The notes below the pieces were generated by a model, which searched no databases, had not been told where the DNA came from, and saw only the letters and a list, made by a program, of their open reading frames with translations. A stretch of DNA of 64,000 bases from Eledone cirrhosa (Eukaryota), in the NCBI GenBank assembly GCA_964016885.1, contig OZ024741.1, positions 65,782,001-65,846,000 on the forward strand. Direction: 5' to 3'. The translations under genes and the position numbers were made by a program. This document shows positions 13,201-27,805 of this stretch, piece after piece. How positions within the stretch are numbered: the stretch's first letter is position 1; each line of letters opens with the position of its first letter.

Positions 13201-16200
13201 GCATAGCAAATGGAACTCCAGCCACTGTTTTGCTATAGTTTTTTCCTCATCTGCTTCCTTCCTTTTACACACACATACATTCACACAAACACACACACAC
13301 GTTGTGTGACGGATGGGTGGAAGTCGCACAAATTTATATATATATATAGATGGTACAGCCAGCTCATAAAATTAATGTGAAAGTGGCTGAACATTCCACA
13401 GATGCAAGTAACCTTAATGTAATTCTTGGCAGTGGTGATGATGATGATGATGATGATGGATAGATGAGAAAAGCAAAGTTGACCCAGTAGAATTTAATTT
13501 ACACACTACGCAATATTTAAAAGAAAAGATAAAATCTGGAATCCAAGCAAACTGATGAGGGTCTGTGTTGGCAACAGAAGTAATAAAATATGAAGAAGTC
13601 AATATATTTAGTTGCTGCAAGGAATAAAAATACTGAAGGATATAAATTTGAAATGTCAGATTATTTGACTTCTTACGGCAACCAAATATACTGGTGATTT
13701 TTAAAATTAAAATATAAAAAAGGTACATAAAAAAAAGTATGATACCCAATTTACAAAGAAGAGAATAAAAAATTCTTAGGAATGGAATGAAGTGTTTCAT
13801 TATTGAGAATGCACTAATCAGGATAGTGAGACCATCGAGAAGGATTATAGTAAAAAAACTATCATTCTTTTCATGACGGTCAGTAAAAGGAGACTTTATT
13901 CAAAAGTTATTTTGTATTTTATTTACAAATTTTGAAACGTTAGTAAAAATGATTTGTTGATTACTCAACACTAACAAACATGGTATTTAATCTAACAGCA
14001 TGTTTCTGTTAATTTGGTGTTTTCAATTTATATGAAAGAGGTTTATTTGATTGAATAATACACTCTGTAAATTGCTTGGTCATAGGAAGGGCATCCAGCT
14101 GTAGAAAGCTTACGAAACAAAAAGTTAGAAGGATTCTTCATTATCATCATCATCACCGTTTAACACCCATTTTTCCTTGCTGGCGTAGGTTAGATGAGTT
14201 GTCCTATTTGAGACAAGTCAGGTGACCACATCTTGCTCATACAGAACCGTTTCTGATTTGGTTTCTATGGCTGGATGCCCTTCCTAACACCAACCGCATT
14301 TACAGTGTGGACTGGGTGCTTTTTATCTTCAGTTATGTCAAAAGTATAAGAACTTCCCTAGTGTTGATGATCGACATGATAAATACACCCAGTACATTCC
14401 ATAAAGTTGTTGATGATAAGGACAACCAGATGTAGAAAACCTGCTAATCAAAGAGTTGGGAGCAATCTTCATCTGTATCAAAGACATGACAACCTTTCTA
14501 GTGCTGGTGCCACAATAAAATGCATTCAGCAGAGCAAGCGAGCATATATGTAAGATGTAAGTCTCTATCTAGCCCATCTGAGCAGTCAGTAGCTTCTTTT
14601 GAGTACTGACTTGGTCTGAAAGACCTATCCAACCCTTGCTAGCGGTAATGAGGAACATTAAATGATGATGATTATAAAGGCTCAATACATGACTGGTACT
14701 TCTTTCATTGTCTTTGTGACGATGGAAAGCAAATCAAACCCTAAAGCAATAACATACTGACAGGCATAACATTGGTGGCTGAGTTGAAAGAAATTAGATA
14801 GCAATACTTACTTTGTATTCATCATTTCTACGATCTGCTAACTGACGAACAGCTTTCTCCACCATAGTTTCAATCTGAAGTGAAATGTATATTTCAAAAC
14901 ATCATACGAAATGTAAGTTAATATTATAATATAATAAAATTAAGATCGTGAATTACTTAAACTTAAACATGAATATAATTAGAACAAACAATACCTATCC
15001 ATGACTTCAAGCAAACGTAACCTATAAATTAATTTATGACCTCACTCACCAAACTCATATCACACCCAACCTCCTAAACCAGAGGTCCCCAACCATCAGG
15101 CCGCGGACTGGTACCGGTCTATGGATCGTATGCTACCAGGCCGCAAAGAAATAATTAACATGTTTGAAATTATATAATAGATACATTAAATATTGGACTT
15201 TAATTTAAAAAGATTTGTTTAAATATTAAATATTCATCTACTTTAATAAATTGCTCTCTTTATCTAAATGCATTTAAATAACTATTGGTCCGCAGAAAGA
15301 TTGTCTGGCAAGAAGCCGGTCCATGGTATAAAATAGGTTGGAGACCACTGTTCTAAACCACATCCCAACCCTCCTGGTAAAGTAATCACTGACCTGCAAC
15401 AATTACTGGTATGGGGATGATAGATGTCATCAGGCTGCAGCTGTTGAATTATATAGTTTGTATAAAGTAATCTGCATTATGGCTATGTGGTTTAGAAGTT
15501 CACTTCTAAAACATGTAGTTGCAGGTTTAGTCTCGCTGTGTGGCACCTTGGACAAGTTTCTACTGCTATAGCCTTAGGATGGCCAATGCCTTTTAAGTGG
15601 ATTCCATAGGTCAAAACTCTGTAAGCCCATTATTTGTATAATTGTGTGTGTTTGTGCATGTCTTTGCCCCCAAAACACTGTTAAGCTGGTGAAAAGTATG
15701 GATTGGCATCAGGAAGGGCATCTGGCCGTAGAAATTTGCAATGAGAGACACACACATACATATATTCATTTGAAGCCAGAATATTCTCAACAGGAGCATG
15801 TAACTGTTATCTCTGTCTCTGAAAAACTGCACATACTACAAAACCTACTGTACCTTTTAACCAGACAACTGAACTTTAATGTTGTTTCACTTTTGAACAA
15901 TAGATAAGAGTAGGCTTCACAATGAAGCCTACTCTTATCTATTGTTCAAAAGTTGCTTCCCATGCAGCAGATGCTAGGCAGTCAGTATAACACCTATCCA
16001 GAATTGACTCCTACCCCCACCCCACTTATTAATTTTTAATTTTTCAGTGGTTAGATTCATGTAATAATTAATTTTCTTTATACATGACAAACAGAGAACA
16101 TACGTTATAAAATAAATAGGATAGGTTGGGGTCTTAATATGTAAACTAAAGAACTAATTCTGGTTTTTTAAAATAATCACCGGAGACAACTTAGAAAAAT

Positions 16201-18661
16201 TACCGATTTTCCACCACCCCCTGCTTATTCCAACCGCCCCACCCCCATTATTTAGAACCTGAGAGTAACAGTGATGTACTAACTCATCCAATGAGAATCA
16301 GCTTTCCCAAGAAGCCATGGCTGTCTCAGTACTCAGTTTCATTCCATCAGAATTATCAGATATGCTGTTTACTGCATCTGTGGGATGTTTATTAATGCAG
16401 ATCTGAGTAGCTGACGATGTCAATTCTGATGACTGTGTCTATTTTGCTTCATTGTCCTGTCTGTGTGTATGTATGCTTAAGCCTTTCATTGTCATATTTC
16501 TAAATAAAAATATTTTCAAATCATTTTGAAAATAATTAAAAAAATTTGGAAGAATTTATTAATACTAACTTTGTCATTATTAGTTGATAATTGGAACATA
16601 ACTTAAGAAAGGTTCTTTCATAAAATTATGATGGAAGGTTTTAGATAAACACAAATGCTTCAAAATAAAGTTTTGTATCATAAAACCAGCAGCAGTTTTG
16701 GGCAGTTTGATTTGTTTTAGAAAAGAAATTTAATCCATAAGTCCATGTTTTTATCTACTTACATATTATATTTGCCATGAAAGTGTTTTTGAGATTGCTG
16801 TTGTTTTTTAGCCTATCGGCTTTAAACCAGCCGTATCCTACCAGAATTCTCTCACCTCTTTCTGTTGAAACTGGCCGTAACCGGCTGCTCATGTTACGGT
16901 ATTGTTCTCAAAATAAATAATATCAAAATCTCATAGATTCAATATTATATGAGATAAAGTGTTTACCATGAAAATATAATAGTAAATATAGAATAATGTA
17001 AATGCTAAATGGTTAATAGAGCAGATCAATAATCAAAAAAATATTCCAGCTGTGACCATACAATCTTTTATCTAGACACAGTGTATCTAGGACTATATTT
17101 ATCATGTACCCTTCCAGTTTTTAATGATGGTAGAATCTAATTTGAGGAAGATATGGTTGCTATTTCTAGTACATTAAGCAACAATGTAAAGTCTTCTCTC
17201 ACTTCTGAGTTACAGCCTAAAGATGGAGAGGATTAACACGAGTTCAGAGTTCAGTGACCCCAGTGATTTATGACTTTATTAGAAACTTTTGGTAATCCTT
17301 TAAGTTCCATCTTCTTAACACCATTTCTGTGTGTGTGTATGGGGGTGGTGGTGCTTATTGGAAGTAAATAGACAGACTATACTTACTGGTCGACGTGTTT
17401 TCTGCTGTATTTCTACCCACGACTTCAGTGGTTTAGCTATTTCTTCCCACAACGCTCGACTGAGATGTCTGTGAAATAAGACAAAGATTTAAAGAACTAG
17501 ATATATATCTTATGAGAAAAATCAAAGAAAAATATCTAAATAAGATGCAAAAATATCTTCTAAGATTTATCCATCAGGCTTTAACTCCCAACACCCTGTA
17601 CCACATGTAACCATATTAGCGAATCATTCTTGAAAAGTTCAAAACAGGACTATGACTGCATCACATTAAATATTAAATTCTTTATTCTAGTTTACTGCAA
17701 ATTTTCAGTCATCTGTCCATTAGTAAAGATACTATAAACATTTGAAATAACAAACCTGTTTCATAGAACCAGAGGTGGCTTTGGGTGGATTGATATGAAA
17801 AGTGCAAAAGAAATCTTACTAAGCCATACCTTGAACATGAAGGGAAATGAATTCTTGCAGCAGTGCTTTAATACTTATACTATATCATCATTATCATTAT
17901 TTAATGTCCACTTTCCCTGCTAGCAGAGGTTGGATGTGTTGTCATTGACCAAGTCTAGACTCAAATGGAGCTAGTGATCTCTTAGATGGGTGAGGGGCCT
18001 GCATTTTGTTTGCATTTGTTCTTGCAATCTACCAATTGCTCAGACAGCATGGGTGTCTGCACCTTGCATACAAATGCTCCTAAACTCTACTGAGTGCAGT
18101 TTATTGTGGCATCAACATTGGAGAGGTTGTAATGTTTTTGACATAACTGAAGAGCACTTCTGATCCTTTGTTTGGCAGGTTTTCTATGGCTAGATGCTCT
18201 TCCTGTTATCAACCATTTACAGTGTGTACTAAGTGCATGTATTATATAGATTCCCAACACTATAGAAGTTGTCATGTCTTTGACACAGCAGAAGAGTCAT
18301 CAAGATCATTTATTTAGCAGGTTTTCTACAACTGGATGACCTTCCTATCACCAACTCCTTATTTAACAGAAGTAAATGAAACAAAGAAGATGAACTTACT
18401 TGTGAAATTCTGATTCTTGATCCATTTCTACAGAAGTAGCTTTCCATCCCTCTGTCAAACTTCTGAAATACAGAAGATATATGATACTTTTAACTATTTA
18501 TTTCAAATATAAATGTGTGTGTGTGTATGTATCTGTGAACCTGTGCATATGTGTGAATGTGAAAGAGAGAGATGGAAAAAAAAGAGAGAAATATGCAGGC
18601 AAGAGTAGAAAGCAAAGAAAAATCCCAAAAGAGTGAGAGAAGGAGATATAGAGAATGAGTG

Positions 18662-18694
<33 letters not shown>

Positions 18695-21600
18695 ACATAC
18701 ATCCTAGCCAATCCATGCCAGCATGAAAAAGCAATGTAAAACTGATATTTAGGGTGTATCAAAATGAATCATCCTATTTCAAAAGGTTATATTTTTTAAA
18801 CAAATGACCATGTAACCATGCAGTAATTTGTACAATACATGTCTGAATATAAAGTTTTATTTCTTTTTATAACTTTTATAAACATTTATTAAGTTATTTA
18901 CAATTTTTACCTACATTTCAGTCTGTTGAAATTGGATTCTTTTTGATACACACTGTATATATATATATGAAAAAGAACACAAGAGCGTCTACAACATCAA
19001 AAGATTTTTATTGGCTAACAATGTTTCTTCCTTACGTGTAACCGTAGGATTCATCAGAGCTATAAAAGGGGGTTTGATTGGTGTTATGGACTCTACCAAC
19101 CAAACACCCAAGAACAAAGAGTAAAGAGAGTAAAGAGCAAAAGTAGGGGACGATAAGTCTAATTTTGGTGCGGGAAGGTGGGGTGTTGGTCCTTGTTTAC
19201 TAGCTGCGGTCATCGGGGGTCGGGTGGTTAGCTGAACCATAGATGGGGTGGCGTGGATAGTATGGTGCAGAGGGTGCGCAGAGGCTACACAAACACAAAG
19301 GGCGTAGAATACATATACACATATAGCGGAGGAGAAGGTACATGAGGTAATTAGAAATAGAAAAAGAGTAATAATAATAATCTATAATTAATAGTGTATA
19401 ATAAGGCATGGGGAAGATTACACTATAATAAGGTATAAAGGTAAGAATAAGGTAAAATATAAAGGAGGATAAAAGTGGAAATAATAATAAAGATAAAAAA
19501 TATATAGAGAATATATAAGGAAATATAAGCGAATATTTGGAGGGGAAAACACAATGTAAAAAAAAAACGATTTTTTTCAAACAATAATAAAAAATAATAA
19601 AAATATAATAATTATGGGGGGAGAAAACAGGATAGAGAAATATGATCAAGTGTGATTCGTTGAGAGAATATAGGATGATAACAGTTGTGTCCGGTTTATA
19701 CATCTTAATAATAAATAATAAACAATATGTGTATCAGAGTTGCAGAACCTTCAATTCACTTACGGGTTCAAGCCACGTGGCATGGTCCATTGTTTATCTG
19801 TGCGGTCATGTGCGTTTGTTTTTGACACCACAGCAGATGCACAAGTTTGTAAATTCCAATGCAGATAGAAGTCAATTTTTGCTCACCCGGACATTGACCG
19901 AGGATCCAATATTCCTAGTTCAATATGTGTTTGGTGTTATTTTGTTCGCACAAATCAATCAATTGGTTCACTATATGGAGTATGGTTTCCTGGTCTTCGT
20001 GACAGTGTCAGTGGTTGTATATTTGAAAGTCACAAGGATCACAGTACTCCGGTTTGGTGTGATACCCAAACGTTGAACTTTGGTGTCGATAGGACATCAA
20101 CGAAGCAGGGTGATATCGCATCTGTGGTACAAAACGGTGCGGAAGGAGATTCTTCGTCTTCGTTTCATCCGGGTCCAGTAGTCACGTGCAAGAACCGCTA
20201 CGTAGTAATTGTGGGGTTAATCAGTCAAGTCAGCAACTGACCGAAAATTCAGGCAGGCATAACAGCTTTTTTATGTGTGTACGTGTGTCCGACACACACA
20301 CACACACATATCTATATGTATTTCAACCCAAAAAACTCAAATGATTCACCCAGTGGTACTACAATCGGTCAAGACAGTAACTGGCCGGCAGTTCCCTTAG
20401 GGATTCAGACAGGCATGACAGGTATATTTAGGTCAAGAGCCTCCTTATGTGTTCGTGTGTTTGATACACACAGACACATATCCACATGTATTTCAACTCA
20501 AAAAATGTTCAGTTGATTCCCCCATTGATATCATATCTGTGCTGTTTGGATATGCATGGTGTGGTGTTCTGGTCGTGCATATCATTCACTGTATTTTGCC
20601 ACTACATTGGAATGTGATGTTATGGTCATCAATAGTCCGGCAAGCGCATTTCGCTCTTATATTGCGAAGAATGGTGTTCTGGTCCTCAGTAAACATCCAG
20701 GTCAGCAGGAGGGGTGGTGGTTCTCAGTTTCAACTTCGGCAATACATATGTATTACTCTGCATATCGTGCTCCTCTCACAGAAGAGTATTATAGGGGGAA
20801 TTCATGCCACACAGCACACATAGAGAGAATTTCTACAGAAGAGTATACATACATATATACATACATACACACATTATACACTTACACATACCCACTCATA
20901 CGCATACATACATATATTCACATACATGTCACACATACACACAATATAATACGCATGCATACAATATACACATACACACACACACATGCATATACATATA
21001 TATACATACATATACACAATATACTTACATACAATGCACGCACACATGCGTGCATGCACACACGCACGCACACCCACACATATGTCTGCGTGTGCGTGCG
21101 TGTGAGAGATAAAAGGAGAATACACACACACACACACGCAAGAGCACCAACCTTGTAGGGGACTGCACCACCCTTACGGTACCTATCTATCTAGGTTACG
21201 GGTTGGGGGGAAGGGGGGGGGGGGGCTATAGTCTAGGTGGGGGTTGCGTGATATATGTTACGTCTATGTGCTAGGTTTAAAATAGAAGAAGGAACTCAGG
21301 ATTTTGTGTTGGCATGAGGAGAAAATTTCCGATTTCCTGTTAAGCAGGTTAAGTTTAGAGTGTATTATGGCATGGCATTCCAGTAAACACAGGTCACAAC
21401 TTCCGCTCTGTGGTCAGTATGGCGTGGATCTAGTAAGCTTCCTCCAAAAAAGTTTGTATGGGGTACTATTATTTTTTAAGAAGGAGATGTATATATGATA
21501 TTAATAAATGGAAACTATATTTATAAAAGCATATTTATTTCATTATACATATTTCAGGGATACCATATTAAATTATGGTATGCCTTCATCAGACAAAATA

Positions 21601-24600
21601 CAATATATAACAGTTTTACAAATAGCTTTGACGTACCCTTTTAAAATACAACCATTACTTTTGGAGGCTGTCTGGATAGTGAATTGTTTATATTGTTTTA
21701 ATAAGTCATAGTGTTAAGCACAATTAGAAAAAGACGGAGATAAAGAAAAAGAAAAAAGACGGAGAGAGAGAAAAGAACAAAGACGGAGAGAGAGAAAGAA
21801 AGAAAACCTGGAGAAATATCGGAAAGAGAGAGAAATGTATGGAGAAAAGAAAGAGATAAATAAAGATAGGAGGAAATAAAAAAGAAAAAAGAAAAAAGAA
21901 AGAAAAGGAAGAAATAAGAAAAACAAAGGAAAGCAACAGAGAGATATCAAGTCATCATACAGAGAGAAAAAAACTCAAGAGAGAGAAATACTATATAGAG
22001 AGGGGGGGGGGGATCATGAAAACTTTACGTCATGTCATATTAAGTTGAGTTAACAATTTATATGAAATGAATAATAAAAATATAAGTATCAATATTCATG
22101 AATGGGACATAGATATATAATATGAGAAATTAAACATTGTTCAATAATGTCTATATGTTTAGTTTAGAAACTTGAGATCAATATATCAAAATCTGAGTTC
22201 AAAAATATACCCTTGCTATAGAGATCAGTATTTTATGCAAAGACATACAAATATATATGTATATATATATACATATAGATACGCACGTCCTGAAAATAGA
22301 AATTATGTTTACTCAAGCCAACAATATAGCCATACAAAACGTAAATGATTTCTCTTAATCACTGCTATACATTCTTTGTGTTATAAAAATTTTCCAGTAT
22401 ATATATACAAATATATACGATTACCATTCATGTCCTCATATATACGATTACCATTCATGTGTCTAATATTATGCATATCTGCAACATACCTCTCAACCAC
22501 ATAGATATATACACATACATATGTATAAATAAATATTTGCGCGCATCGTCACGCATCACTCATGTATATATACAGACATATATAGACACAAAAAAAATCT
22601 ATAACAATTTTTATGCATGTTAATATACACATATGCATTTGCATAGAGATAATCAAATATCAATATATCACCAAAGGTTTGCTCCCCCTTTCTCACTAAA
22701 TATTAAAACCCCTATTGCTAAACTATTCTTTAAAGCTCTTGACACACGCTTCCCTAGAACACATAAATATTACTCAATTTTTAATAGACACACTATAAAA
22801 TTAACTTACTCGTCCACCAAAAATTTAGCACAAAATATTAATAGAATTAATAATAGGAATTTAAAACCTAACCAAAATACCAATAATAACCCAAACAATA
22901 TTCAATTAAATAACTGTAACTGTAGAAATAAATCTAACTGTCCGTTAAATAACAATTGCTTAGCTAAAAATGTAGTGTACAATTGTAATGTTAAAACTAA
23001 TTTAAATTCATTTAACTATGTTGGTTCCACCTCTACAGAATTTAAATTTCGCTTCAATAATCATAAGAATTCTTTCACAGATCCAAACAAAAAATCTTCA
23101 ACTTCACTATCTAGTCTACTATGGGACCTAAAACGAGATAATATTAAATATTCGATGAATTGGAATATTATTTCATAAGCTACTCCTTTTAATTCCTCTT
23201 CAGAGAATTGTGATCTTTGTATTGAAGAAATATTCTTTATATTAAAGTCCAAAAATTCCCTTAATCTAAGGAACAATTTATTCAGTTGCTGCAGACATAG
23301 ATTGAACTCAACGTTTAAATATAAATATAAATTTAAAATGTAGTATAAATAATTAAGTAATTTTAGTTAATATATGGAACCTGTCGATAAATCATTAGAT
23401 TCCTTCACCTTTTTCTTTTTAAATTTTCTTCCTAAATATAAACAAAGATATAATAAACTACTCTAAAATGTATATACTTCCAATGTAGTAAATAAAATAT
23501 ACGTAAGGTAAATTTCTATACTAAATATAAGGTTATCTGTAGAATCATTGGGGTTTTTTTTGGTTTTTTTTAAAATCTTTTAAATTATTTTTATTTATTT
23601 GTTTTGATTATGATAGCTTCTCATAACTTTCATATGTCTACCCTTTCAATATCTTGATTGAGATATACGTAGGATAAATTTCTATACTAAATATATAAAA
23701 CATATTATTTTAACTTAAGATACTCTATAGTGTTTTAAAGATTTCTTTTGTCTATACTGATATAGATGCATTTCCAAAATATACTCCTTTGGTATTTTAA
23801 ATTTATTTTGTTATGGGTATGTTTACAGGTTATGGTCCTTTGGTGATATATTGATATTTGATTATCTCTATGCAAATGCATATGTGTATATTAACATGCA
23901 TAAAAAGTGTTATAGATTGTTTTTTGTGTCTATATATGTCTGTATATATACATGAGTGATGCGTGACGATGCACGCAAATATTTATTTATACATATGTAT
24001 GTGTATATATGTATGTGTATATATCTATGTGGTTGAGAGGTATGTTGCAGATATGCATAATATTAGACACATGAATGGTAATCATATATATGAGGACATG
24101 AATGGTAATCGTATATATTTGTATATATATACTGGAAAATTTTTATAACACAAAGAATGTATAGCAGTGATTAAGAGAAATCATTTACGTTTTGTATGGC
24201 TATATTGTTGGCTTGAGTAAACATAATTTCTATTTTCAGGACGTGCGTATCTATATGTATATATATATACATATATATTTGTATGTCTTTGCATAAAATA
24301 CTGATCTCTATAGCAAGGGTATATTTTTGAACTCAGATTTTGATATATTGATCTCAAGTTTCTAAACTAAACATATAGTCATTATTGAACAATGTTTAAT
24401 TTCTCATATTATATATCTATGTCCCATTCATGAATATTGATACTTATATTTTTATTATTCATTTCATATAAATTGTTAACTCAACTTAATATGACATGAC
24501 GTAAAGTTTTCATGATCCCCCCCCCCCCCCTCTCTATATAGTATTTCTCTCTCTTGAGTTTTTTTCTCTCTGTATGATGACTTGATATCTCTCTGTTGCT

Positions 24601-24985
24601 TTCCTTTGTTTTTCTTATTTCTTCCTTTTCTTTCTTTTTTCTTTTTTCTTTTTTATTTCCTCCTATCTTTATTTATCTCTTTCTTTTCTCCATACATTTC
24701 TCTCTCTCTCCGATATTTCTCAAGCTATTTGTAAAACTGTTATATATTGTATTTTGTCTGATGAAGGTATACCATAATTTAATATGGTATCCCTGAAATA
24801 TGTATAATGAAATAAATATGGTTTTATAAATATAGTTTCCATTTATTAATATCGTATATCTACTCCAAAAACTTGTCGAGTGCTTTATATCAGTTATAAA
24901 AATATTTACTTGTTGTATCCCAACAACTTTAAATAGATCTTTTGCACACATATATGTACACACACACACATATATATACATATAT

Positions 24986-25017
<32 letters not shown>

Positions 25018-25139
25018 GTACACATATATGTACATATATATATATATATATATACACATATATATATATATATGTACACACACATATATATATATGTACA
25101 CACATATATATATATATATACACACACATATATATATAT

Positions 25140-25189
<50 letters not shown>

Positions 25190-25196
25190 GTACATA

Positions 25197-25227
<31 letters not shown>

Positions 25228-25405
25228 GTGTACATATATGTACACACTGTAAATGTGGTTGGTGTTAGGAAGGGCATCCAACTGTAGAAAACCTGCCAGA
25301 CAGTCCTATGCGAGCAAGACAATCACTCTTGCCTCAAGTGGGAAAACCCCCGTCCAAACCCATGCAAACGTGGCACACGGACGTTAAACGTTGATGATGA
25401 TGATG

Positions 25406-25439
<34 letters not shown>

Positions 25440-25568
25440 GTACACATATATGTACATATATATATGTACACATATATGTACATATATATATATATGTATA
25501 TATATATATATGTACATATATATGTGTACATATATATATATATGTATATATATATATATGTACATATA

Positions 25569-25612
<44 letters not shown>

Positions 25613-25616
25613 TATA

Positions 25617-25672
<56 letters not shown>

Positions 25673-25676
25673 TATA

Positions 25677-25707
<31 letters not shown>

Positions 25708-25732
25708 GTGTACATATATATATGTACATATA

Positions 25733-25778
<46 letters not shown>

Positions 25779-25935
25779 TATATGTACATATATATATATA
25801 TATATGTACATATATATATATGTACCTATATATATATATATATATGTACATATATATATACATATATATATATATATGTACATATATATATATATATAGG
25901 TACATATATATATATGTACATATATATATAAGTAC

Positions 25936-25983
<48 letters not shown>

Positions 25984-25987
25984 GTAC

Positions 25988-26019
<32 letters not shown>

Positions 26020-26048
26020 GTACATATATATATATATACATATATATC

Positions 26049-26146
<98 letters not shown>

Positions 26147-27774
26147 TATATATATATGTACACATATATATGTACATATATACATACATATACATATATA
26201 TATATGTACATATATACATATATATATACATATGTACATATATATACATACATATATATATACATATGTACATATATATACATACATATATATGTACATA
26301 TGTACATATATATACATACATATATATATATATGTACATATATATACATACATATATATATATATATATATGTACATATATACATACATATATATATATG
26401 TACATATATGCATACATATATATATATGTACATATATACATATATATATAAAAAGGAACGATCGACTTTCGTCAAATCGGCCGAGGGAACAATGTTTCCG
26501 TTGGTCTTTCTAATTGCTAATACTATCTATCGGTCGCAACTCCAGGTAGAAGGAGTAACGTGAAATAAAGTGTCTTGCTCAAGGACATAACGCATCGCCT
26601 GGTCCAGGAATCGAACTCACAACCTTACGATTGCGAATCCAATTCTCTAACCACTCCGCCACACGCCTTCATATATGTACATATATATATATATATATGT
26701 ACATATATACATACATATATAATACATATATATATATATGTACATATATATATATACATACATATATATTATATATGTACATATATATATACATACATAC
26801 ATATGTACATATATATATACATACATATATATATATATGTACATATATATACATACATACATATATATATATGGAAGAAGTTTAGGGAACTACTACCACT
26901 GCTAGCTGCAAAAGGCTTCTCCCTCAGAATGAAAGGCAGACTGTATGATGCGTGTATCCGAACAGCGATGTTGCATGGTAGTGAGACCTGGGCGCTGAAG
27001 GTGGAAGACTTACGTAGATTAGAGAGAAACGAAGCCTGCATGCTCCGATGGATGTGTAACAGTAATATACGTGAACGACAAAGCATAAATGAATTGAGAG
27101 AGAGACTGAGCATAAGAGGAATCAAATGCTGCGTGCAGGAGAGGCGGTTACGCTGGTATGGACATGTGATGCGTATGAAGGATGACAGCTGCATAAAAAG
27201 GTGCAGAGCACTAGAAGTTGATGGAAACCGCGGAGTGGGGAGACCCAAGATGACTTGGGATGAGGTGATAAAAGCCGACCTTACCCAACTACACCTCTCA
27301 AAGTCAATGACACACGACCGTGACTTCTGGCGTCACGCAGTAATACAGGGTACCCGACCTCCCATGGGTACATGCTGAAGCATATAAACAATATGCCCCC
27401 CCCCCCCCCCACCGCAAGGTGGTCGTGGAGGTGCCACGGCAAAAAAGCACCCAGCCCACACTGTAAAGTGGACGTGTAGGCGCCACGAAAAAGCACCCAG
27501 CACTCACTGTAAATGAGGTTGGTGTTAGGAAGGGCATCCAGCTGTAGAAATCAAGCCAGATCAGTTCCTGTATGAGCAAGGCATGGTCAGCCGACCAGAC
27601 ACTGCCCACAACAGGACAACCCGTCTAACCCATGCTAGCGTGGAAGAACGGACGTAAAACGGTGATGATGATGATGATGATGATGATATATATATGTACA
27701 TATATATACATACATACATATATATATATATATATGTACATATATATACATACATATCTATATATATATATATG

Positions 27775-27805
<31 letters not shown>

